DNA of 64,000 nucleotides from Albugo candida (Eukaryota): NCBI GenBank assembly GCA_040437565.1, contig JBDOQK010000007.1, positions 372,001 to 436,000 of the forward strand, read 5' to 3'. Shown piece by piece: positions 45,530 to 56,867 of this stretch (position 1 is its first letter; each line of letters starts with the position of its first letter). The notes under the pieces were generated by a model. It saw only the letters and a program-made list of their open reading frames with translations, ran no database searches and was not told where the DNA came from. The position numbers and the translations under genes were made by a program.

Positions 45530-48500
45530 ATGACAATGCTCATCTTTTCAATCTCTTCTTTCTTACAGATTGCAGCGTTATTAGATGCGAAACTAAGCAC
45601 CGATGAAATCAAACTCACCGAAAAACATAGAAATTCGCTATTATCTCATCTCCGCAATCTCTTTTCATCAATTTTCAGCCCATTTTGGTCGCTACATCAA
45701 GCATCGAGACCGCAACGAGCACAGCAAAAACTCGGAGATTCATTCAATGTGTACTTGACAATCTTGATACTATCCTTCACCATCTTTCTCGTCGTCGCTG
45801 GAAGCCTATACATTTGGATTCTATCGCGTCAAGTTCGACCGCGCAAAATCGACAAAAGCGTGGAGCGTACAGATCGTCCGCCTTCACCGACTTCGAAACG
45901 AATGCGGAACATGCGTTCGTATTCTTTCTCGGATTTGCACGAAATCAAGCAATTAAAGCAACAGGAAACCTCCGCACTCAATCAATGGAAAGACGATTCT
46001 ATCGATTTTCCGTTATCCTTACAACTCAAATTCGGCTCTGTTCAGTTAAATTGGATATATGAAGCATTATCTCGTGTTTTCTCGTTTCTGCGTGAAGATT
46101 TTCTACCGATTGTGACAAAGTACGCGTTCTACTTTGCTGATCCATTATATCTTCGGGTGTCTAATATCAATTCCTATGACGCAGAAATGTCCATTTGCAT
46201 CACTACAGAAAAGGAGAGCCAATTTTCGGTTTGGGAGATCACGAGGGCTCGATCTTGATTGTATCTCGTGGACAAGTGGGTTTAGCAATTCATAAAGGCG
46301 AAGAGTATGGTCGTGAGGCAGCGCGTACAGGCGAGGAATTGAATGTGTTTACAAAAACAATCAGAGCAGGAGAAGTGGTGACATCGTCTCTGGCGCTATT
46401 GGCAATGCTTGTTGATCAATTGGAGCCTCCCACTCGAACAAACTCGATTTTGAAGAATAAGGTTTGCAACAACCTTTCTGCGTACGCGACAGCCGACGAA
46501 GAGACAACCGTTTTACAAATCCCCTGGCAATCCGTCTGTGATGTTGCCGACAGATTTTCAGATTGTTTTTATCGCGTGGCGCAAGTCGTATTGGATCAGA
46601 TAGAGAGGATCACTATCAGGTCTTTAATCGACCATTTTGGAATCTATTCGAGTTTATATGTTGCAGTCCCACTCATCGACTTGAGAGATTGCAATCCTGC
46701 CAGCTTTCAGAACGACGACGATATCATCAAAGCCGCTGTTTCAATTCTTGCAGACACCATTCAGCTTGAAGACGCTCAGACACGCCGTTTGTTGCTAGAT
46801 TCTAGGATCATTACGATAGAAAGTGGAGGTACTATCGACTTGGACGCAGTGAAGGATGGAATGTATATCGTGATCAGTGGGTCTGTCAAGGTGCAAGCGC
46901 TCGCTCAGAAGCATCTCCATACGCTGTATACTGCTTCCCAAGGATGCCAGATCGGTCTGACCTTCTCGGTGATTGGGTATCATACGATCCCATTGTGCCT
47001 GTCGTGTGAGGAGACCACCGCTGTATTGCTTTGGATCCCGGCGTTGACTGTATCAAAACTATTAGAAAGCAGAGCGGTTTCCACTCGTTGTGTGCGTCAT
47101 CTCCTCGAGCAGTATTCAGAATTAGTTTGTACTGTGGACAGCAGCTTTGAATGGCTTCATTTGCAAGGCGGAGAGGTACTTTTCGAGCGTGGAGATTACT
47201 GTGATGCGGTGTACACAGTCCTCAGCGGTCGATTACGAGCTATTCAGGGTCAACAACATTGCGACCGAACGATTGAAGCAGCAAGTGAGCTTTCTCGGAA
47301 CGCGACACTCGGAGCTCTTGACATGCTCACTGGATCCCCAAGCACGTCAACTGTGCACGCAATTCGCGACTCACAGATATCCAAAATGCCCAAAAATGTA
47401 TTCGATTATATCGTAAGCGTACAGCCCGGTGTCCTCATTCACTTTACCAAATCATTGGTTCAGAAATTCCCGAGGCAACACGGCACACCATTCAGCAACG
47501 GCAATGGAGTACCTCAAGTCGATGTATCGCTGGATCCACAGAATCAATCGTCGATGCGTTCTCGTCCTTCTCTGTCGCTGGGCACGATAGCAGTCATCGC
47601 ATTGACAAAACGATGCCACTTGTCCAAATTTTGTGAGAATTTGCTGAAATCGCTTCAAGAAATCGCATCCAAAGTGTCAGTGATCTCATCCGAAAAGGCC
47701 AATGAAGCGCTCGGAACCGAATGGAAAACTCGATCGCGAATGACGCGTGCGAATCTGAGCACGTGGCTTGGAGATATGGAAAACTCTAATGAGCTTGTCG
47801 TCTACAAAGCCGATTTGGAGCTGACATTCTGGACCAAGCTCTGTGTCCGCCAAGCCGATCATATCCTCTTACTGTGCTCTGATGTTGATGCGCATCGTAC
47901 CTTTCTCGAAGATATCGTTGAGATATTACAAAGCGCATGGAGTCGTAAAAATGTCGCGATAAGCGTTGTGAGGATCCGTGAGAAGAATTGGACAGTGAAA
48001 GCGATAGAGAGCTCGGCTCTCAAGTCGCAAGGCAAAGGAGCGTCAGCAGCTTTGAAACGCCGACTTCGCATCTTACGTGGGGAATCGCTGATACTACCGA
48101 AACTGATGCTTCCAATGGAGAAATACGAATGGATCAGCTATTTCCACAATGTACAAGAACCCTTTGTGGAGCACAAATGTGATTTTGATCGACTTGCTCG
48201 ACGAGTGACCGGGAACGCGTTGGGTTTGGTGCTTGGTGGAGGTGGTGCCCGAGGCTTGGCGCATATCGGCGTACTTCGAGCTCTTCAGGAATGCGATATT
48301 TGCGTCGATGTGGTTGGAGGCACAAGCTTTGGCGCATATATTGGAGCTATATATTCGCTCCATCCATTCGATCTGAAGAGTGTGGAAATGAAAATCAAAT
48401 TGATGTCTGCATCTCTCAGTAGCATCCTCGAGAAGCTTCGTGATCTCACGCTTCCAATCGCGTCGTTTTTCAACGGGAATCGATTCAATCAGGCGATCCA

Positions 48501-49224
48501 AGAGCACTTTAAAGACCTCACCATAGAAGATCTGGTGCTGAATTACTTTTGCGTCACGACTGATATTGCAAAGTCTCGAATGAGTATCCATCGCAGTGGG
48601 TACGTTTGGAAGTACGTTCGAGCGTCTATGAGTCTTCAGGGCTACCTGCCTCCTGTTTCAGAGGAAGGATCCTTGCTGCTGGATGGAGGGTACATGAACA
48701 ACCTTCCTGCCGACGTAATGCACCAAGAAGGCGGTGTCAAGTATATACTGGCGGTAGATGTTGGAAGTGAGCCTCGACAAAACTATCACGCGTATGGCGC
48801 ATCGCTGTCCGGCTGGTGGATTCTATGGAACAAATTGAATCCGTTCTCAAAGACGGCGATGGTACCGTCGATGGGAGACGTATCGGCAGCTTTAGCGTTT
48901 GTGGCTTCGTCACAAAACAAAGAGCGAATTCGCAACGAATGTATCAATTTGTATCTTCGTCCACCGGTCCAAAATTACGGAACACTTCAGTTCGACAAAA
49001 TGGATGAAATCATACGACTCGGATACGAGTACGCATTGCCGAGAATTCGCGAGTGGCAAGCACGAGTCTTGGCGCAGCATCGCATGCATCCATTCGATAC
49101 GAAAAGTCTGGCACCTCTACCCAAAGCGACTTGCAATGTTGTCGAAAATGTAGCCCCAACTCGTTCGAAGAGCATCTCTGCTGAATTGTGGCAACTCGGC
49201 CGCATGTACGACTCGACAACTTGA
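45530..49224 (+). CDS. Neuropathy target esterase / NTE1 (PNPLA6/7, SWS) lysophospholipase; intron 46120-46184; 5' end uncertain (next to a gap)
   Basis: N-terminal TM helix, cNMP-binding repeats (VLSGRLR, STVHAIRDS), WTKLCVRQADHIL, patatin motifs LGGGGARG, GTSFG, RASMSL.GYLPP, LLDGGY. Confidence 0.93.
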
Positions 49225-49242
49225 CAAATGTATCCGATGGCA

Positions 49243-52200
49243 TCATTCGACATCGAGGCTCCAGAGACAAACACTGCCATCCCAACTCGCTGAAAAAACA
49301 ACGGAATGGATGAGGGCCAAGCTCGTGATTCCAGAGATATGAGCTTTGACTTGCTTGAGACATATTCCTGTCCGAATGTTCATCGCACAAAGCGCTCCAT
49401 CCTCACCCGCGGAAATCAATTTGGTAAAGTCTCGTTGGAGGCACGTGATGGCTCCACGATGACATTGTTGTGCGAAATGTGGTCCTTTGGAAAGATACCT
49501 GAGATCCCAAATACGAACGATTCCATCACTGCTTCCCGTACAAATATTGAATTCCGCTGGGCCACCGATCGCGATACACGTGACAGGACCGCTATGATCT
49601 CCAAGTGCATGCGTGCATTGGTGTCCCGAACGAAAATGGAGATCCCATACTTTAGCCGTTCGATCATTTGCTGCTGTGATGAGACGATCGCCTGTGGCCT
49701 GAATGTCTCTCAATCCTCCATGATGGGCGATGAAGTCATGCTTGAGTGCAAGTGCTCCAAGATCCCAAATCTTCAGACGATGACTCGAGCATCCACTGAC
49801 CAAATGATCACGATGAGGAAGGAAGCGCAAACAGCTGAGACTGCCAGTGTGATTGCGAAATGTAGCCAGTGGAGTTGCTTTAGAGGTTTCCCAAATTCGT
49901 ATGGTGGTGTCCTGTGATCCGGAAAACAAAAGTGTGCGATCTGTCGTCACCGAAGCGCCCAATTCCGCACACGTTATTGGACCTTTGTGGCCACAAAGCA
50001 GCAGACATTTTCGTGAGATCTCATTGGTATCGATGGAATGGTATGAGAGAGATGTCGTCGGATAGCTCGATGACGATGGAGAGATTTTGTGCTCTTTATG
50101 GAAGGAAGAGAATGGTGCGTGTGGATGTCGGAGTCGACTGTCTGTGCTCATCGGCTCGGAATGCGTTGGAGGTGAGAAGAAATGGAGCAAGCCGCGTCTT
50201 CGTACGGAATTGGAAAAGCTCCAGACACAAAGTGTGCCATCCTGAGACCCTGATACCACGAGATCATCACGAGTCTGAAGGGTTCTCACAGCATCCAAAT
50301 GGCTATCGAGATGGAGAACGTTCGAGTCTGTTACTGTGCTTCTCGATGTTTGGGTACAAGTGTATGGATCACACGAGATGACGGTGCCGGTGGACAGCCC
50401 ACAAACGACCCGATCTGGAAGCACAGCCATGCATAAGATCGGAGTGTAGCAGTGATGCACGACTCGCGTCCCATCAGCTCTCAGATTTTGCAATACGCTC
50501 GCATTTCGACGAGTCTGTGTCTCCTCACACGAATCCATTCTCGGCGACCACGCAGTTGGAGTCGGATACGGCAGCGGATCCGGACACGAGGAGACTTTAC
50601 GTTGTATGACAGTGTCCAAGTCATAGCGCAATGGTGACGGGGGTTTCTCACAACGCGTTGAGGTTTGCGTTGATGTGTGTCTGATTTTCTCCGACGATTT
50701 CGACAATTCTAAAGCTCGTGACACATTTTCCACAAGTTTTTTCAACGTATTTGCGAGCTCATCCGTTTTATCGTACGCTGTGCACATGACACTCACAAAG
50801 GATTGGACGTTGCGTGCAGAGACTTGGACCATCAGCATGCTGTAGATGAGATTGCCACTGACCGAGAAAAAGACTTGGTCCGATACGTTCTTCAGCTGTG
50901 ATTGTCGAGACTTTAGCGTTGTGAGAGAATCCGATGTGTCGTTGGGCTCGGAGAGCATCGCTTCTTGGAGATCGTGCGTGAACGCGTGCTGCCACATGTC
51001 CAACGACTGACATATCGGACAGAGAGTCAAAGCGGTCACCAGGTATTCTTTTCGTGCTACAAAGGAGATGGAGTCTCTGGTGAAGGAGCAGAGAGCGTCA
51101 CGTACCGAAGCCGCTTGAAGACTTTTTCTCATCCAACATGTGGTAGTAATGGGATGCTACTTTGAGCATTCTTCTCGCAGTGTGAAAGTCTTCGTGGAGG
51201 TGACATTCGTTCATCAGATACGACGACAAACGAACGAGAATGTCGAATCCTTGTTCGCCAATACAGCTTCCCGATCCTTTGGGATTGTACCACGTTGTGG
51301 AGTTCTGCACATACGTTCGCGAATGATAATAGTCGGAATGTGTCGAGGTGTTCCAAGGGGTCGATGGATTCCCATTCTCGGAAGTCAACTGCTCGACAAA
51401 TCGATGTCCAGGCTGCATCAAAATGAGAACAAAGAGATCTCGAGCATACTCGTGTCTAAAGTGGAGTTCGCAAGACTTTTGGGTCATGTGAGGTCAAACG
51501 AGGATCGAGAAGAGATACAGATGCAGTACGTACGTTGAGTTCGTCGTGGGGAAGCGATACATCGGATGAGAATATCGCTGTCAGGCTTTTGTATAAAAGC
51601 TGTTCGATGCGTTGTTCGAGTGGGGAAGTATGTCTTTTCGACCAGGAAGCATTCATCGCTGTGGAGATTGGAATGGGGGATTGAAGACGCATATCGCTGG
51701 AATTTGATGATTTCGGATCTCCACACGGATTGGGTTTGGATGGAGGTCTCTGGCTTTCAAAGACGGAATGCAAAGCGTCGGCATCGATCTGAAAGCACTC
51801 ACATAAATGCTCCGGCGCAATGGTTCGATAGGCTTTCATATCGCGTTCCCATCCATCCAACGCGTTGATTTCCAGTGAGAAATGACGGCTCAGATGCCAA
51901 TGCAAACTCTCTTCGTCGAAAGCGGTAGCGCTTGGAACGTCAGAGCGCGTATCCAGCATCCTATCAATTTCAGCAATTGTCTGAAGGCTCTGTTCCCACA
52001 GCGATATCGCATTGTCCGATTGCGTGTGATTTGAATTGGATTGTGATTCCGCCGATACTCTCTCTCCATCTTTGAGAATATCGCGTTCTCGAGACTGTGA
52101 CGCCGGGGGATCCAATGAAGGCATCGTATATATCGGCGTTGTTGGAGCTCTCTGCATGCCGATCGTGCTCGTGTAGAACGGATATAGGAAGCCTGTATCG

Positions 52201-54673
52201 ACATCTGGATACCAAGCTCTCTTCAGCAACACATTGAGATCCAAAGAAGCCTCGATATTCCCAGTTCCATGATGCAAAGCGGATGAACGTACGAGTTTCA
52301 CATACAACGAGTGGAAAGTATCCATTTCTGCTGAATTGTGATTCTCCAAAAACGTCTGAAAAGATTGAGTGCATAAAAGCCTGGAAACAAATGCGAATAC
52401 TTCCGAATCGATGAGACAACTCGTCACAAATCGATGCTTATTGAAAACTGGCAGCTTGTGATTGACAAAGAAAAGACAATCGCGGTATCCCATGAAGACG
52501 GTCGCGTGGAAGATAACAAATTCGAGACGGATACGCTGCTCTATTTGATCCGACCACGCGTACGTCTCCGTGGCCTCTTGAGCGTTGGATGGATCGGCAT
52601 GGAATCCAGCGGGAGCATCCGAATTGACGGTGAGAATACTTGCCAGTCGCGTTGTTAATTGTCGAGTCAATTTCGATGGAAGAAGACGATGAAAATCGCT
52701 CCTTTGAGTCGTATAGCACGAGCTTTCGTTCTCGGGTATCGTCACACAGCCACAATCACAATCGACCAAAACCAGATGCTCGGGCAGCGAAGTTTCCATC
52801 GACATTGGTAGCCAAGAAGAATGAAGGCCCAACATGTAAGGAAGAGGAGCTTGGAGGTAATCGAGGAGATAGCGCGGAAGGACGGGGACGTAAGGATGCT
52901 GCCAGCGGAATGGATACAACAGAGTACAAATGGCTTCCGCAACAGGACACAATACCGCCATGTTCGTCGAATGAATTACGATACGATATTCCAGCAACGT
53001 CAGAGCGACGATATCGATAATTTCTCGTACGTTGAAAAGCGCAAAAAGTGGCGCTAACGTGTACGCTACCGGTGGAAATAATGCTTGCATGCTGTCTGTC
53101 GGGATACATCGATGCTCATCGACTGCTGGAAACAGAGGAAGAGAAGATGGAGTCTTGGATCGGATGATCTCCAATACAGACAGAGGATGTCGCGAGGTGA
53201 CAGACGGTAACAGCATCGTAATGGTCGATGTCGACATGGTAAATTGCACTCCATAGACTCCACGAACGGGCTGCAGGATCCCGTGGCAGAGATCGACCAT
53301 GTACTGCTCCAAATGACGAGGGTGGAGCGGATTGCGTATGGATGTCACATTGTCTGTAATCCAAGTGTGAACAAGCGCTAGAAGACACGTTCGTACTTGT
53401 TCCAACAGAGGTATCCGCGTGATGAGACAGATGCACGTCGCGTGCCAAAAGACGTCAGCGTTCCTCTCACGAATGCATTCGAAACATTGGCAGCGTTGAT
53501 ACACATTCAGACAGATCCCAAACGATCGAGACAATCCATCCGAGCCTCCAGACAATAGAAACGAAGACATGTGGCTGATGGGTCTTTTTTGCTGGTGGAC
53601 GACTTGGGGTCCATTTGGTTGACAAAACCACTCGATTTTTGTCGGCAATCTAAAGTGCTGTCGATCCGATGGAGGGTAGCGGAAGAGGATACTGCTTTCC
53701 CCAGCGATATGAGCGGAAGTCTCGTTCTTCCCTGAGCCTACGATCAGAACGTAATCGATGACCCCATTTTGCAGACGTGTTTCCGGGTCCTTGGAATTCA
53801 TTCGCAAATCAGAAATCACGTTATTTGCTTCGGATACATTGTCGTGACGATCAAAGCTTATGTTTGAAAAACGCTTCCGACTTGCATATTGATCATTTTC
53901 AGTGAAATTGGTATGTTCCATCAGCTCCGGCACACTCAGTGATCGAAAACGCACTTGTGTGAGGTTTCTGGGCGTGTAACATACGGAGACTCGAAGTGCA
54001 AACACAAGCGATGCATTTACATCACGTGTGGCTACCGGGTACCATTGTTCGATTTCCTCATACGGTGGAAGTTGATTGAGCGAGATTCCAACTACAGCGA
54101 TTGTGGTGAGGTCGAAAACGAGTGGGAATGACAATGGGATGTACCTCTGCCGAGAAACCCGTTACAGCTCGCGATGTCTTGTCCGCGCATTGGGAGGTGG
54201 AAATGAGGTTCATTGAGCAATCGATCGACACAAAAGAGTTGTAATTCGCCACAAGAATCGATATTTTCGAATATGAATTCTTCATCCCACAAAAGATCGC
54301 TACTCGCTACGTCGTCCAGTAATGCTGTCGAAGTGAGTATGATGGAACGCTCTTTATCGCGAATTTTGGAGACCCAAGCGCTTCTCGAAGACATAAAGGC
54401 TGTTTTCTCCTTTGTGGAGTGTCCCTCGCGATTATCTGTCGGCTTTACAACTCTCAAAAGCACGGAAATCGCTTCGGAAGGTCGACATTGAGATTGTTTT
54501 TTCAAATGGTTTGTCAACTGGAGTCTCCCAAAGCTATGCAGTGGTCCTTCGGTACGCTCAGTGCGGTGATTGAAGCGTTCCCACGCTCGTCGACCGAAAA
54601 TCGTCGCAACGCCATTAATGAGAGAATTGCGATGCGTTTCGTTGCGTTCAGAGTTTGTCAATGTGCGTGACAA
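49243..54673 (-). CDS. C2 + DENN (Rab GEF) + SBF2-like + WD40 protein (DENND3/SCD1-like architecture); 4 exons with introns near 54090-54144, 51477-51534 and 51058-51105
   Basis: DENN motifs FRYP...WFCQPNG, CICLITR.P, LLYPFRWQHPYVPVLP...APLPYMLGLH, TQSFQTF; C2-like LLWDEEFIF; seven or more WD repeats (SGSQDGTLCVW, GHKGPITC, SASWDGSVCLW). GT-AG introns link the four ORFs. Confidence 0.88.
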
Positions 54674-55474
54674 TTTAAGTACTATCGAGAAATGCGTATG
54701 AGCTCAGTGGTGGGAGTGAATGCGTCAAGTACCTCGTACACGTAAGTCTCCTTCTTTGTGGAGCTGCGCTTGTGCATCTGTTAGAGCTGCAGATGCTAAA
54801 GCACACGTAACCTCTGAAGCTGTGTGTGGGGATAGCTGAGATAGCACCAACTCTTTCTCGTGCATCGATATGGCGCGTATGGATAGAGAATAGTGACTTT
54901 GTATGACAGTTTATCGCATGTGTGATCTTATGAGAACATTTGCAGTACAAATACAAAGGCGTTTGTGGGATTTATTTTGGTTTTTTTAACATACTTTTAC
55001 TGTCGATACAACAAAGGCTTAGTAATGCTTTGCTGTTACTATTATCACACAACTCGCATTGCTGTTAAAACTTCATTGAGATGCGACGTCATAGAGTTTT
55101 GAGACTGTGATGAAGTTTGAGATTGAAGAGGCGTGAACGCGGACATGAACATCGAATGCGACACTCAGAGGTTTGTACGAGTGGGTGAGACAAAAGCGAG
55201 TCAATTCATGGCAAAATGATGGATGCACGAGTGGAAAGATACGTCTGGAGCTTTATCATTTGCGCTCTACAGGTAGAAATCGCGTTGACTATTGGGGTAA
55301 CGACAAGGATGGTATTCGTTTGCAGAAAACGGTGCATTTGGAATTACATTATCGTATTTAGGGAAATAGATGAAAGGATTCGACAGCAATTTCCTTTGGA
55401 TCGGTGGTAATGTGCATAGCTATTTGTAATTAAGATAATGTACTTGATACTATTGTAATTAGATTCGCTAGCTA

Positions 55475-56505
55475 ATGCTTCGAAGCTTTTATCGCCATAT
55501 ATCGTCAGATGTTGGTTTGATAGCTCGCCAATCAGCAAAATTTCTGCGTCCGTCAATTGATCCCACGCTGAAATGCTTACAGCTAGACGGAAGAGCTTAT
55601 TTAATTCCGACAATAAGCTTGGTACGAGAGCATCTTGGCGATCCAGTTCAATCTCTTCATCCAAAGCTTCATTCGTGTGAAAGTACACCTGTAGTACTAG
55701 ACCTGCGCGGAGTCTCCAGCGACGGTAAAATTCACTTTTAGCGGTCATCGGAAATAATAAACCTTTGAATTCTGTAGGATCGCCGCATTCTCAGAGTATA
55801 AAGAAGCACGAATTGCGATCAAAGATAGCAAGCCTAGAGGTGAGGTTCACCTTTTCCGATGGATATGATGCTGAGGTGTTATTATAGTCAAATGGATACA
55901 AAACAGTAGGAGTAACAAATGCATGTGATCAGGCCAAACGTGTGGCACTCCAACTAGACCTCCCGTCGTTCATAACGACGAATGCATCCGGAATTGTACA
56001 TGACGTGGGTTCCAACGCACTTCCAAGCTCACGCAATGGTAGTGATAGTCACACGCAACAGTCCAATGAAATCCTTGTCAACACTCTCGATGTCAACACG
56101 GAATTTGGCAATCCTTTTTCGAATCCACCTATGGTAATCCAGAGTTGTGTTCGGTCGGGCCAGCAAGTCTATGCAAAGTCGCGATCATTAGTTGTATTAG
56201 GAAATGTGAATTCTGGAGCAGAAGTGATGTCTGATGGAGATATATCGATATTTGGAGCATTTAAGGGTCGAGCATTAGCCGGTATTACTGGTCATCGAGA
56301 AGCTCGTATTACTTGTGGATGCTTTGATGCCGAATTAGTTTCTATTGCTCACCATTTCACGACGTGTGATGGAGCGGCATTTTCCAATTCCATTGGAGCA
56401 AACAAGTCAAGCCAGGTTTGGTCAGAATTACGGCTGCATCAGCCAACAAGTATATTTCTAGATCTGGAAAGCTCTGAACTGATTTTCAAATCCAGCGTTG
56501 GCTAA
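55475..56505 (+). CDS. minC: Septum site-determining protein MinC homologue, nucleus-encoded, likely mitochondrial; exons 55475-55724, 55778-55839, 55888-56505 (309 aa)
   Basis: C-terminal MinC beta-helix signature VRSGQQVYA...LVVLGNVNSGAEVMSDGDISIFGAFKGRALAG...ARI.C..FDAELVSIA; N-domain-like PVVLDL and GYKTVGV...LDLP; two GT-AG introns keep the frame. Confidence 0.92.
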
Positions 56506-56778
56506 AAGTGAACATGATTCGTTTTTCGGTGACCTTGCACGATGGGTGACACTACCACTTGCTGTTAATCGGATGACATATATTCCGCACAAATATATAT
56601 ATACTCTGGGAGCAAACAACATGCACTGCTGATCTAGTGATGAACGTAAACGTTGTAACAAATTTGTAGCATTTATAGCCGAAATGTCGGTCGATCTACA
56701 GTAATGTCTCGCACATAAGTTTCGTATCCTAGGACAATGTTCACCACTTCAAGTGAGGGAAGTCATGCGTGTGGCCAC

Positions 56779-56810
56779 AGTTCACTGTAGTTCACTGTAG
56801 TTCACTGTAG
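56779..56810. repeat. Tandem repeat (TTCACTGTAG)x3 upstream of STT3
   Basis: Three exact 10-bp copies at 56781-56810, preceded by a partial AG. Confidence 0.95.
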
Positions 56811-56867
56811 ATTCCATAAAGGGGAAAGTAGCGATATCGTAAAACTTGGCAGTGCAATAAAACTGCT

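Noticed and set aside
9304-54673. Functional cluster of endomembrane/phosphoinositide genes (5-phosphatase, myotubularin, VPS18, DENN, VPS-like)
   Set aside because: They are interspersed with unrelated housekeeping genes over 45 kb and belong to common categories; no evidence beyond chance.
55475-56505. minC as bacterial contamination or part of a min operon
   Set aside because: It has two spliceosomal introns, is contiguous with eukaryotic genes without a gap, and no minD or minE is adjacent.
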